Positions 10,128-19,479 of a stretch of 64,000 nt of DNA are shown here, in pieces. The number at the start of each line of letters is the position of its first letter. Positions within the stretch are counted from its first letter, which is position 1. The notes beneath the pieces were generated by a model. It ran no database searches. It saw nothing but the letters and a program-made list of their open reading frames with translations, and was not told the origin of the DNA. The translations under genes and the position numbers were made by a program. Source of the stretch: Endomicrobiales bacterium (lineage in GTDB: Bacteria > Elusimicrobiota > Endomicrobiia > Endomicrobiales > JALOBY01); the NCBI GenBank assembly GCA_963796955.1, contig CAWCNJ010000004.1, positions 64,001 through 128,000 on the forward strand, given 5' to 3'.

Positions 10128-11637
10128 CCCTGAAAACCTCTTCGACCGTCGTTAAACCCTGCCGGACCAGGGCTAATCCGCCCTCCCTCAATGAAAAATA
10201 GCTGGATGGTTTTGGCGCGTTGACGATATCCCTGAAAACATTGGCCGAATTGATAAAAGCCCGTAATTCGTCGGTCATTACGAGCAGTTCAAATATGCCG
10301 ATGCGTCCCAGATAACCGGAATTGTTGCATGCGGGGCAGCCGCTGGACCGGTACAGTAAAATATCTTTGGCGGCTGTTTCTTCTACGCCCGGGAAAAGCA
10401 GTTTTATTGCGCGCACGGGCGGTTTATAGCTTTGCTTGCATTTCGGGCACAGTGCCCGCACCAGTCTTTGAGCGAGAATACCTGTGACTGTAGAAGATAT
10501 CAGATATGGCTCGATACCCATGTCTTTAAGACGTACCAGAGTGCCGATGGAATCGTTCGTGTGCAGTGTGGAAAGCACCAGGTGGCCCGTCATAGCTGCT
10601 TTCATCGCGATCTCGGCCGTGTCTTTGTCACGTATCTCCCCGACCATTATTATGTCGGGGTCTTGCCTCAGTGAGGCGCGCAGGCCTGCCGTAAACGTCA
10701 TGCCGATCTTTGTATTTACCTGTACTTGCGTAATACCCGCCTCGCCACCTTTTCCCGCCAGCAACTCATATTCGATCGGATCTTCCAGGGTAATAACGTT
10801 CTTCAACGGCGATTTCAGCCGGTTAAGCACCGCGTAAAGAGTCGTCGTTTTTCCTGAACCGGTAGGGCCCGTGACCAATATCATGCCCTGTGCTTTTTGA
10901 ATGATGGTCTCAAAGGCGCCCTGCACGCCGGGGTCAAAGCCGAGTTTAGCCAGATCCAGTGACTGGGACGTTTTATCCAGCACCCTGATAACTACTTTCT
11001 CGCCATATTTTCCCGGTAAGGTTGAAACGCGAAAATCTATGTAATGTTCTTTTACCGTGGCAGTGAACTGCCCGTCCTGGGGCAATCTGCGTTCTGTTAT
11101 GTCCATGTTAGACATTACTTTTATCCGGGCAATAAGCGAGGCCTGCAGGGGTTTTTGGAACATATGCACGGTATGCAGCACGCCGTCCACGCGAAAGCGT
11201 ACGAAAAGGGCGTTGTTTTGAGGTTCAATATGAATGTCGCTCGCCCCCGATCCCACGGCGAGATCCACTATCTTGTCTACCAGCCGCACGATCACGGAAG
11301 AACCTGCGTTGTCCAGGCCCGAGGACTCGGCGTCAGACAGCTGCAACTCCTTATTCTCTACATACCCATCAGCCTCGTTAAAGGCGCACTGCAGGGCATC
11401 AAGTATCGCCTGTTTAGGAGCAAATGCTATCGATATCTCGTACCCTGTGGCGGCACGGATAGCGTTAAGTATATCCTGGTTTTCTGGTGTCGATATGGCG
11501 ATAGAAAGTATTTCGTTCGAGAAATCGAAGGGAATGAAGGCGTACTTGTTCATCAGTTCGCGGCTTGTTTTACGCAGCAGGTCGCTTTTGATGCTGCATG
11601 AGGCGAGGTCTATCCTCGGAACATTGCTCTCGGACAT
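10114..11637 (-). CDS. GspE/PilB family secretion/pilus assembly ATPase with T2SSE_N domain
   Basis: ASDIHIEP, RFRVDG, Walker A GPTGSGKTT, EDPIEY, Walker B DPDIIMVGEIRD, STLHTND, CPKC...CPAC zinc motif. Start taken at ATG 11637, which has an RBS. Confidence 0.92.
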   Translation of the reverse strand: MSESNVPRIDLASCSIKSDLLRKTSRELMNKYAFIPFDFSNEILSIAISTPENQDILNAIRAATGYEISIAFAPKQAILDALQCAFNEADGYVENKELQLSDAESSGLDNAGSSVIVRLVDKIVDLAVGSGASDIHIEPQNNALFVRFRVDGVLHTVHMFQKPLQASLIARIKVMSNMDITERRLPQDGQFTATVKEHYIDFRVSTLPGKYGEKVVIRVLDKTSQSLDLAKLGFDPGVQGAFETIIQKAQGMILVTGPTGSGKTTTLYAVLNRLKSPLKNVITLEDPIEYELLAGKGGEAGITQVQVNTKIGMTFTAGLRASLRQDPDIIMVGEIRDKDTAEIAMKAAMTGHLVLSTLHTNDSIGTLVRLKDMGIEPYLISSTVTGILAQRLVRALCPKCKQSYKPPVRAIKLLFPGVEETAAKDILLYRSSGCPACNNSGYLGRIGIFELLVMTDELRAFINSANVFRDIVNAPKPSSYFSLREGGLALVRQGLTTVEEVFRVTVE

Positions 11638-11666
11638 CGGGTCCACCTTTTTAATCTCCAGCGCTC

Positions 11667-12032
11667 TTACGCCTTGTTGGTAAGGCGCACCAGTAAACGC
11701 AGCAGTTCCTGATGATCTACCGGTTTTGTTAAATACTCGTCTGCCCCTGATTCGAAGCCCCGCAGCTGATCTATATCCTTGGAACGGGCGGTCAGCATAA
11801 CGACCGGCACCTCTTTGGTCCTCGGGTTGCCCTTCAGGGTCTTGCAAACGTCCCAGCCGTCCCTTCTTGGCATCATAACGTCGAGAATTATCACATCAAA
11901 ACTGTTGTTGATCGCGGCTTCCACACCCTTATCGCCGTCGATAGCCTCGGTCACTTCAAAACCGGCATTCTCCAGGCGCAGCCGCAGTATTTCCCGGTTC
12001 TGGTTGTCGTCATCAATGATAAGTATCTTCAT
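11667..12032 (-). CDS. Single-domain response regulator (CheY/PilH-like)
   Basis: ILIIDDD, LDVMMP, MLTA, YLTKP receiver motifs; 121 aa. Confidence 0.9.
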   Translation of the reverse strand: MKILIIDDDNQNREILRLRLENAGFEVTEAIDGDKGVEAAINNSFDVIILDVMMPRRDGWDVCKTLKGNPRTKEVPVVMLTARSKDIDQLRGFESGADEYLTKPVDHQELLRLLVRLTNKA

Positions 12033-12422
12033 TTAGCTGGTTTTCCTCTGCCGGATACGTTCCAGCCAGTCAGTTATTTTGGCAAGCAACAGCTTCGGCG
12101 GGCAGGGTTTTGAAACGTAATCATCGCATTGTCCCGCCAGCGCCTTGGCCTCGTCGGCCCGTGAGGCATGCGCAGTGTAGGCTATGATCACGATGTCCTT
12201 GGTCGCGGTGTCCGCCTTAAGCATTTTCGTAGCCTGCCAGCCGTCAAGTTTCGGCATTGAAAGATCCATTAAGATAACAGCCGGTCCGCGCGTGCGCGCC
12301 AGTTCCAGCGCTTCAACTCCGTTGGTGGCTATAATAACTTCAAAATCATGTGCCTCAAGGATCTCTTTTGCTATCTCTCGGTTGTCAAGATCATCGTCGG
12401 CAATCAGTATCAGCGGTCGCAT
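12033..12422 (-). CDS. Single-domain response regulator (DivK-like)
   Basis: ADDD, MDLSMP.LDGW, TAHA, YVSKP receiver motifs. Confidence 0.9.
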   Translation of the reverse strand: MRPLILIADDDLDNREIAKEILEAHDFEVIIATNGVEALELARTRGPAVILMDLSMPKLDGWQATKMLKADTATKDIVIIAYTAHASRADEAKALAGQCDDYVSKPCPPKLLLAKITDWLERIRQRKTS

Positions 12423-12436
12423 AGTGCCTCTTTAGG

Positions 12437-14398
12437 TCAGCGTTCTTGGTCCTTATGGCTGCTCTTTTCGAACTGGCGCTTGATCTCGTTCAAAATATCC
12501 CGCAGGTTCTTCGAGCCTTTTGTTATGATCACTTCCGCGCGTTTTCCCAGATCCGAAGCTTCCTGATCGGTCAGTGTTTTCGCGGTCATAATAATAACGC
12601 GTATTTCTTCATTTCCCGGTATCTCCTGCAATTTTTGCAGAAATTCAAAACCGCTCATCTTGGGCATCATCAGGTCCAGGATAACGAAATCAGGGCGGTC
12701 CGCCTTGATCAGTTCCAGGGCGGTACTGCCGTTATCGATAGAGGTGATACGGTACCCGGCATTTTGCAGCAGGGTACGCATAATATTGTTGAATTCCTTG
12801 TCATCGTCCAGTATCATTACTTTTCTGTTCGAGGCGTTGGAAAGCTTGCCGAGTCTTTCTATGAGCGTCTTGCGCTCGAAAGGCTTGGATATATAGTCGG
12901 CGCTGCCCAGCGAGAAGCCCAGTGCCTTGTTCTCCATGACAGAGAGAATGATGACCGGTATATGCATGGTGTCTTCGTCATTCTTCAACGATTGCAGCGT
13001 GCTCCAGCCGTCGCGGTGCGGCATCAGTATGTCCAGGGTTATGGCGAAAGGACGCAGCTGCTTAGCCATGGAGATGCCCTCGTCGCTGTTGAGCGCGCTT
13101 ACCAGAGTGTATTCCGTTTGCGCCAGGGTATCTTTCAATATGCGGTGCACCTCAGGATCATCGTCGATGCTTAAAATTATCTTTTTGTGTGCATCCAACA
13201 CAGCGGATTGCAGCTCTCCGGGCATTGCCGGGTCAAGCGCACTAACATCGGTGCTGCGGCAGGGCAGCGTTATAGAAAAAACAGAACCCTTACCGACCTC
13301 GCTGGTAACCGAGACAAAGCCGCCCATCAGCTCGGCAAGTTTTTTGACTATCGTAAGGCCCAGGCCCGTTCCGCCGTATTCCCGGGTGGTCGAAGCATCG
13401 CCCTGGCGAAATTCCTCAAAGATGGTTTCCAGGAACTCCGGCTTAATGCCAATGCCCGTGTCCGCGACGCTGATACATATCTGGGAGATATCTCTATTTT
13501 TTTCATTGCCGGGTGTTTCGAAGAGCTGCTTGCATTCAACGTTAAGGGTAACACCGCCGGCGCTCGTGAATTTTATAGCGTTGCCGAGCAGGTTTATCAT
13601 TACCTGCTTCAGCCGCGTCCGGTCGCCGGTCATGATAATGTTGTCCGGGAAATCATTGACCTTCAGGGAAATATTTTTTTCCCGGGCAAGGGATTCCATG
13701 GCGTCAGAAACTTCCGTTATCGCGTCGTGCAGTTTGAATTCCTCGACGTACAGGGTGATCTTCCCTGCCGTCAATTTAGAAATATCCAGGATGTTGTTTA
13801 TCAGGTGCAGCAGGTTGTTGGCATTGGTGCCGACGCGCTTGAGCACGGACTGCTGCTTTTCTGTCAGCGTGCCGTAAATGCCGTCCATAAGAAGCGACGT
13901 GTAGCCGATGATCGCGTTCATCGGTGTGCGCAGTTCGTGGCTGGTGTTGGCAAGGAATTCAGATTTCAGGCGGTGCAGCTCTTTTAAGGAGACTATCTCC
14001 GAGCTTAATTTCTGCTTCTCCAAGGCTTTTTCAATGCGTGAGTACAATTCGTCGAGGTTGTACGGTTTGCTGATAAAGTCGTAGGCGCCGTTCTTAATGC
14101 TTTCCACCGCCATGTCGATGGTGCCGAATCCCGTGGTCATTATTACTTCAATATTAGGATCAATGTTCTTCAATACCGGCAGCACGTCAAGACCCGACAG
14201 CTTAGGCATTTTGATATCGCTTATGACGATATTGAATTTGCTCTCTTTGAATTTCTCGATACCTTCCTCACCGTCGTGAGCGGTGACCACCTGATACCCG
14301 TGGCTGGTTAGCTCGAAGGTCAGCAGGTCTAAAATGCCCTGCTCATCGTCCATGCAGAGAATGCGTATCTGTCCTGATTCAGCCGGTATGTTAGTCAT
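12437..14398 (-). CDS. Hybrid histidine kinase (REC-HisKA-HATPase-REC-REC)
   Basis: N-terminal receiver, FLANTSHELRTPMN H-box, NAIKFT/DTGIGI/GGTGLGL, two C-terminal receivers. Confidence 0.92.
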   Translation of the reverse strand: MTNIPAESGQIRILCMDDEQGILDLLTFELTSHGYQVVTAHDGEEGIEKFKESKFNIVISDIKMPKLSGLDVLPVLKNIDPNIEVIMTTGFGTIDMAVESIKNGAYDFISKPYNLDELYSRIEKALEKQKLSSEIVSLKELHRLKSEFLANTSHELRTPMNAIIGYTSLLMDGIYGTLTEKQQSVLKRVGTNANNLLHLINNILDISKLTAGKITLYVEEFKLHDAITEVSDAMESLAREKNISLKVNDFPDNIIMTGDRTRLKQVMINLLGNAIKFTSAGGVTLNVECKQLFETPGNEKNRDISQICISVADTGIGIKPEFLETIFEEFRQGDASTTREYGGTGLGLTIVKKLAELMGGFVSVTSEVGKGSVFSITLPCRSTDVSALDPAMPGELQSAVLDAHKKIILSIDDDPEVHRILKDTLAQTEYTLVSALNSDEGISMAKQLRPFAITLDILMPHRDGWSTLQSLKNDEDTMHIPVIILSVMENKALGFSLGSADYISKPFERKTLIERLGKLSNASNRKVMILDDDKEFNNIMRTLLQNAGYRITSIDNGSTALELIKADRPDFVILDLMMPKMSGFEFLQKLQEIPGNEEIRVIIMTAKTLTDQEASDLGKRAEVIITKGSKNLRDILNEIKRQFEKSSHKDQER

Positions 14399-14406
14399 GG
14401 GGTATC

Positions 14407-16566
14407 CTATTTTTCCGTTACCGGAAGATTTATCTTGAAGGTGGTCCCCTCTCCAACTTCGCTTTCCACATCTATGGTGCCGTGGTGCTTGTTGACTATT
14501 TCATACACCAGCGAAAGTCCAAGGCCGGTGCCCTTGCCTACTTCTTTAGTGGTAAAGAACGGTTCAAAAATATTCCCTACTATTTCTCTCGGTATGCCGG
14601 TGCCGTTGTCGGTAACACGGATCTGCACATATTCGCCTCTCATCTCAGTGGGGAACATGGTGCTGACCGTCAGCGTGCCGCCTTTTGCCATCGCGTCGAT
14701 AGCGTTGGTGCATAAATTTATAACCACCTGCTGTATCTGGTTACGGCTGAGCTTTACCAGCGGTATGTTCTCATTAAGGTTGCGGATAAGTTCAATGTTC
14801 TGGACTTTTGTCTGAGCTGCCACCAGGGTAAGGGCGGTCCCGACAACTTCATTCAGGTCGCAGTTCTCTTTTTCCAATTTGTTCACCCGCGAAAACGTCA
14901 GCAGGTCCTGGACGAGGTTCTTGCAGCGTTTTGCCTCTCGTTCGATCGATGTTAAGGGCATATACAGCGCATCTTCCGGTTTCAGGGTCCGCATAAGCGA
15001 TTGAGCAAAGCCGAGGATGACCCCCAGCGGGTTGTTGATCTCATGGGCCACCCCGCCTGCCAGCTGGCCAACGGCGGCCATTTTCTCCGATTGTAACAGA
15101 GATTTCGCCAGGCGTTCTTTTTCGTGTTCTATGAATTTGTGTTCTGTCAGATCGCGCACCAGGCCGAATATGCCCACCACTTTGCCGTCCTCTATCTGCG
15201 GCGCGATGGTGAATTCACCGGTCATTTGCCCGAAATTCGTTTTGAGCCGTAATTCATGCTTGGGGGGGTGCAGACCTTTCAAGGCCATCGCGAACATGGT
15301 AGTAGCCGCCGGCGCATCTTCTTCCACCACCAGATCGGTGCCGTTTCGCCCGATCCAGTCGCCTATCCTATAGCCGCAGATCTTTTCAAAGGCGGCGTTA
15401 AAAGAAGTGAAACAGCTGTCCAGGCCGATCGTAAAGATCGTATCCGGCATGGTTTCTACCAGCGAACGGTAGCGTTCCTGGGCCTTCTTTCTCTCACTGA
15501 TATCCAGGGCGACACAGACCACGCCTTCCATCTTGCCGTTGCTGTCAGGCAGGACCGAGCCTGAAAATAGCATAGGGATATGCCTGCCGTCTTTCGTAAC
15601 GTAGGTTTCCTCGATGTTTTGCAGTGATCCGTTCTGCATAAGCCGTTGGTACCCCTCGGATTGACTGCCTTCTCTAAATAATGGGTTCTCACCGAAGATC
15701 ATGGAAAGAGGTTGGTTCAACAGCTCTGATTCAGTGTAACCCAACAGCTGCGTCGTTGCGCGGTTCACGCTCTTAATGGTCAAGTCGGGATTTATGACGA
15801 TAAGTGTGTCGAGCATGGAACCGATCACGTTATCGACATAACCTTTCGAGACCAGTGTTTTTGAAAGCTCGGCCGTCATGCGGTTAAAGGCGTCGCCAAG
15901 CCTTCCCACTTCATCCGTCGTTTTGGTGACGACCTTGTGCGACAGGTCCCCTTCCGATATCTTCTCCGTGGCGCTTACCAGTTCCTGAAGCGGTTTCGTG
16001 ATTCGTCTGATAAGAAGGAACATAACGCCCATGGAAAGGAGCACTATCAGCGCAGTGATCAGAGCGGCTTTTCTTTTAAGATTGTCAATAAGCCGATAGA
16101 TGTCCATAAGGGAAAAGGTAAGGCGGACGGAACCTATCTCCTCTTCGGGACGGTCCTTTTGAGTGTCCTCCGGGAACATTATTTCTTCGTTGCTTTTAGA
16201 TGACTTTTCCGATTTGGTTTGTTTCGTTACAATGGGTTTTGCAATGGTCCTGGAAGGTTCATTTTTTGATCCGCCGCTTGCTATGAGAATGGATCCTGAT
16301 TTATCGGTTATCGTAATTTGCGTTACGCTCTTGTCCAGCATGGCGCTATGGACGATGCCTTCCAGAAGAGCGGAGTTCCTGGTAAGGACGGCGTACTCGG
16401 CGTTCGAAGCGATATTGGCGGTGATCGAGTCGGCATGCCGGGTAGCTACCGAGACGAGCACGTTGTTCTCATTCCGTAAAAAAATAGTGGTAAGCAGGAC
16501 GGATGACAGAATGACCATTATCGAAACGATCAGGAAAAATTTAGGGGCCAGCCTATTTGTAAACAT
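14407..16566 (-). CDS. Membrane HAMP-PAS-PAS sensor histidine kinase (NtrB-like)
   Basis: Two TMs, HAMP (DEVGRL..AFNRM), two PAS domains, GGVAHEINNPL, FFTTK..GKGTGLGL. Confidence 0.9.
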   Translation of the reverse strand: MFTNRLAPKFFLIVSIMVILSSVLLTTIFLRNENNVLVSVATRHADSITANIASNAEYAVLTRNSALLEGIVHSAMLDKSVTQITITDKSGSILIASGGSKNEPSRTIAKPIVTKQTKSEKSSKSNEEIMFPEDTQKDRPEEEIGSVRLTFSLMDIYRLIDNLKRKAALITALIVLLSMGVMFLLIRRITKPLQELVSATEKISEGDLSHKVVTKTTDEVGRLGDAFNRMTAELSKTLVSKGYVDNVIGSMLDTLIVINPDLTIKSVNRATTQLLGYTESELLNQPLSMIFGENPLFREGSQSEGYQRLMQNGSLQNIEETYVTKDGRHIPMLFSGSVLPDSNGKMEGVVCVALDISERKKAQERYRSLVETMPDTIFTIGLDSCFTSFNAAFEKICGYRIGDWIGRNGTDLVVEEDAPAATTMFAMALKGLHPPKHELRLKTNFGQMTGEFTIAPQIEDGKVVGIFGLVRDLTEHKFIEHEKERLAKSLLQSEKMAAVGQLAGGVAHEINNPLGVILGFAQSLMRTLKPEDALYMPLTSIEREAKRCKNLVQDLLTFSRVNKLEKENCDLNEVVGTALTLVAAQTKVQNIELIRNLNENIPLVKLSRNQIQQVVINLCTNAIDAMAKGGTLTVSTMFPTEMRGEYVQIRVTDNGTGIPREIVGNIFEPFFTTKEVGKGTGLGLSLVYEIVNKHHGTIDVESEVGEGTTFKINLPVTEK

Positions 16567-17440
16567 TCGTTGCCCCTTGAATGATCGCATTCGGGATGGT
16601 AATGCCGAGGCGTTCGGCCGCGATAAGATTCAACGAAGTTTCTATGGTTTCAGGTTCTTCAGGAGGTATGTGTGAGACAGGCTCTCCGTTTAATATTTTT
16701 ACGACCATCTTCGCGGTCTGCATGCCTATAGAATGGTAACTGCAGGAAAATGAGCACAAGGCCCCGGCTTTAACGTAGTACGAGGACAGGCCGATCACCG
16801 GAACACGGTCTCGCAGAGAATACAGCAATATGTCCTCCGCGGTCTGAGGGGTGTATACCGTCGGGTCCGGAATTATCCACAAGGCGTCGACACGCGGCCC
16901 CAGCTCTCTTACGTCGTTATAGATCTCGGCGATCTTTGATACCTTGACCGCTATGATCTTAATGTTGAGCTCACTGGCCTCATTGATACTTTGTTCAACC
17001 AGTTCGCGGGTTTGAGCGGGATCGTAAAGCACGCCGATTCGCTGCAACCCGGGTAATATTTTTTTACACAGGCCGAACTGTTTGCGGGGTGAAATGCCAA
17101 GCGATACGCCGGTGATATTGGGCTGCGGCGCTTCCGGTTTCATGACCATCATATACACGATCGGTGCGCCGGGTCTTGTTTTACTTATAAGGTCAACGGC
17201 CCTGGAGCCGACGGCTACTATGATCTGGGGCTGGCTGGACGCCGGGATAGCGTTCGCGCTATCGTACTCGTCAATACGCGCAGAAAGACTTGATCGAGAG
17301 ATCTCTTCCCGCAGTCCCGCGATCGCTGTTTCGTAAGGCGCTGCCGATCCGCTTTTTACTATCGCGATGGTGTGTTCTTCGGCAAACACAGCACATGCAG
17401 CGAAAAGCAGCAGCAGCAGCGTTGTTACGGATTGTTTCAT
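16553..17440 (-). CDS. Periplasmic ABC-type substrate-binding protein (ABC_sub_bind-like)
   Basis: Signal peptide, RIGVLYDP, DALWIIPD, GAL..., LNL..AERLGI pattern; no permease or ATPase adjacent. Confidence 0.8.
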   Translation of the reverse strand: MKQSVTTLLLLLFAACAVFAEEHTIAIVKSGSAAPYETAIAGLREEISRSSLSARIDEYDSANAIPASSQPQIIVAVGSRAVDLISKTRPGAPIVYMMVMKPEAPQPNITGVSLGISPRKQFGLCKKILPGLQRIGVLYDPAQTRELVEQSINEASELNIKIIAVKVSKIAEIYNDVRELGPRVDALWIIPDPTVYTPQTAEDILLYSLRDRVPVIGLSSYYVKAGALCSFSCSYHSIGMQTAKMVVKILNGEPVSHIPPEEPETIETSLNLIAAERLGITIPNAIIQGATNVYK

Positions 17441-18018
17441 TTTGTGGAGCCCTTAAGCAGCCTGAAAAGTGATTCCTTCATGTCGGCAAGCTCAAAAGGT
17501 TTTGCCAGGAATTCATCCGCACCGGCAGCCAGCGCTTTATGCCGGTACTCGTCTTCGGTAAAGCCGGAAATGGCGAGGATCCTGGTGTCTCTAAGTTTTT
17601 CATTGGCGCGTATGGACCTGCATATCTTGAAACCGTCGATGCCGGGCAGCCGTAAGTCCAGTATTACCAGGGCCGGGTGAACGTCGGCGATCAGCTGCCC
17701 GGCGTCGAACCCATTGTCGGCGGTACTAACCTCCGCTCCCGTGATAAGTTTTTTAACGATCCGTTTTACCGTCGTGCATATGTTATTGTCATCATCGACG
17801 ACAACTATCCGCGGCGCGGAGGAATCCTGAAGGAAATCCGGTATGGGCATATTGTGCTTATGGAGAAAATTAAGCAGGTCTTTTGCCCACATGCGGCGAT
17901 GCCCGCCGCCGGTCGTAAAGGTCGGTATCAACCCTTTTTCGATCCAGTTGCCGATCGTGCTTGGTGTAACGTGGCAGATCTGTGCCGCTTCATACGTGCC
18001 GTAGGCTACTTTTTTCAT
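17437..18018 (-). CDS. Response regulator with N-terminal excisionase/MerR-like HTH
   Basis: T.EAA.IC.V..STI.NW...G......T.GGHRR HTH followed by a receiver domain. Confidence 0.88.
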   Translation of the reverse strand: MKKVAYGTYEAAQICHVTPSTIGNWIEKGLIPTFTTGGGHRRMWAKDLLNFLHKHNMPIPDFLQDSSAPRIVVVDDDNNICTTVKRIVKKLITGAEVSTADNGFDAGQLIADVHPALVILDLRLPGIDGFKICRSIRANEKLRDTRILAISGFTEDEYRHKALAAGADEFLAKPFELADMKESLFRLLKGSTK

Positions 18019-18079
18019 ACATTATCCTTGTTTTTCATATGTATATGTGTACTGGTTGTTTAACGTGTTATTTGACATA

Positions 18080-18108
18080 AGCCTAACACACCTGTAATTG
18101 TCTGTCAA
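18080..18108 (-). promoter_or_regulatory. Putative sigma70 promoter of the signalling operon
   Basis: Minus strand TTGACA-17 nt-TAGGCT. Confidence 0.45.
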
Positions 18109-18123
18109 GACTAATCTTTCAAA

Positions 18124-19353
18124 TTATTGTGCTGTTGACGTAGTGGATGATTTGTTAATGGCTGGTCTGGCACGGTTCAGCAGTTTATAGGCTTCTTCTT
18201 CCGTGTTGGTATGCATACTATTGGCCTCCGCTTTTGGCAGCAGGCCGCCTTTTGTGTAGACGCATCTCGGGTTCCAAAGTATCCATTCGCCTACGCCATT
18301 GTCGTAGCACGCCTGTATCTGGGCGCGCACTTCTTTAGCGCCGTAATGAACGCCAAGAGAAAAGTCCTGAAGGTAGGGACGAAGTTTTTGCACGGGTATG
18401 CGCTTTTTCGCGCCTTCCATTCCGAGATAAACTATTTTATAGGGATTTGCGTTCGGGTTCGCTATGCCGTATTCCCCGGGGTTGTAATGCGAGGGGTAGA
18501 CCATAGGGCTTACATAATCAACCCGCTGCGCCATCTGGACTATTTTTTGGCCTATGCCCATATCATTGTTCACGGTCGTCGTTAAGCCGAACACATCAAT
18601 GCCGACTTTGACACCCAATTTGTCCAGGCGTTCGTGGGCTGCAGCCAGGAAGCCGTCCAGCGCGGCAGGCGCGGTAACGGTCGTATGGGCGACACTATAA
18701 CGGCAGGCTTTGATATTCCCGTCAGAGGGAAACCGGATGTAGTCGAACTGTATTTCGTCAAAGCCAAGCGCGACGGCTTTTTCGGCGAGAGAGATGTTAT
18801 AATTCCATACATCTTTGTTGTACGGGTCCATCCAGGTAAGGCCGCGATGATCCTTCCATATGGTGCCGTCTGGGTTCTTAACCGCCCATTTCGGTTTTTT
18901 CTTAGGCAAAAGCGCGTCTTTAAAAACGACCACGCGCGCGACGGTATATATACCTTCCGATTTCAACTGGGCAAGATATTTCTCAAGGTCGGGAACGGCC
19001 GCCACATAGGTGCCGTATTCCTGCGCCATGGCAAAGCCCGGCACATATACTTCGCCTTCGTATTCTTTTATATCTATAACTGCGGTGTTTATCTCGGTAT
19101 CCTTGAAAAGCGTTTCGCAGTAGGCGCGCCCCTTGGTCGAGCCGGCAACCCAGGAAGTTAAGTGGATACCGCGCACGTATTGAGGCTTTTTATGAGCAGG
19201 GACCACCGACGCGGTAGAGGTGCTTACCGCGATCTGGGGAGGTTGTGTGGGCTGGGAGAAGATCAGGTTCTTTCCAGTAAAGATTATGGTGGCAAGGATA
19301 CATAGGCCTGCGGCCCCTAAAAATAGTTTTCTTCCCAGAGTTGTTCTTTTCAT
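18124..19353 (-). CDS. Putative glycoside hydrolase (DUF4015-like)
   Basis: N-terminal TM, VIDIK, ARVVVFKD, GFDEIQFDYIRFP, SPMVYPSHY, RPYLQDF. Confidence 0.8.
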   Translation of the reverse strand: MKRTTLGRKLFLGAAGLCILATIIFTGKNLIFSQPTQPPQIAVSTSTASVVPAHKKPQYVRGIHLTSWVAGSTKGRAYCETLFKDTEINTAVIDIKEYEGEVYVPGFAMAQEYGTYVAAVPDLEKYLAQLKSEGIYTVARVVVFKDALLPKKKPKWAVKNPDGTIWKDHRGLTWMDPYNKDVWNYNISLAEKAVALGFDEIQFDYIRFPSDGNIKACRYSVAHTTVTAPAALDGFLAAAHERLDKLGVKVGIDVFGLTTTVNNDMGIGQKIVQMAQRVDYVSPMVYPSHYNPGEYGIANPNANPYKIVYLGMEGAKKRIPVQKLRPYLQDFSLGVHYGAKEVRAQIQACYDNGVGEWILWNPRCVYTKGGLLPKAEANSMHTNTEEEAYKLLNRARPAINKSSTTSTAQ

Positions 19354-19389
19354 AAAACATATCCTTTTTACAATGCGATTTGATCATTT

Positions 19390-19448
19390 ATTCTAAACTA
19401 TAACAGGCGCTTTGTCAAGTTGACTTGCCGGATATAAACGACTATAAT
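19390..19448. promoter_or_regulatory. Back-to-back divergent sigma70 promoters (DUF4015 gene / thrC)
   Basis: Plus: TTGACT(19420)-17-TATAAT(19443). Minus: TTGACA(19418)-17-TAGAAT(19395). Confidence 0.65.
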
Positions 19449-19479
19449 AATATCTCTAATTATAACAAAGGGGTCTCCT

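Noticed and set aside
11638..11847. Longer 577-aa version of the GspE/PilB ORF
   Set aside because: The extension overlaps the response regulator in another frame; ATG 11637 has an RBS.
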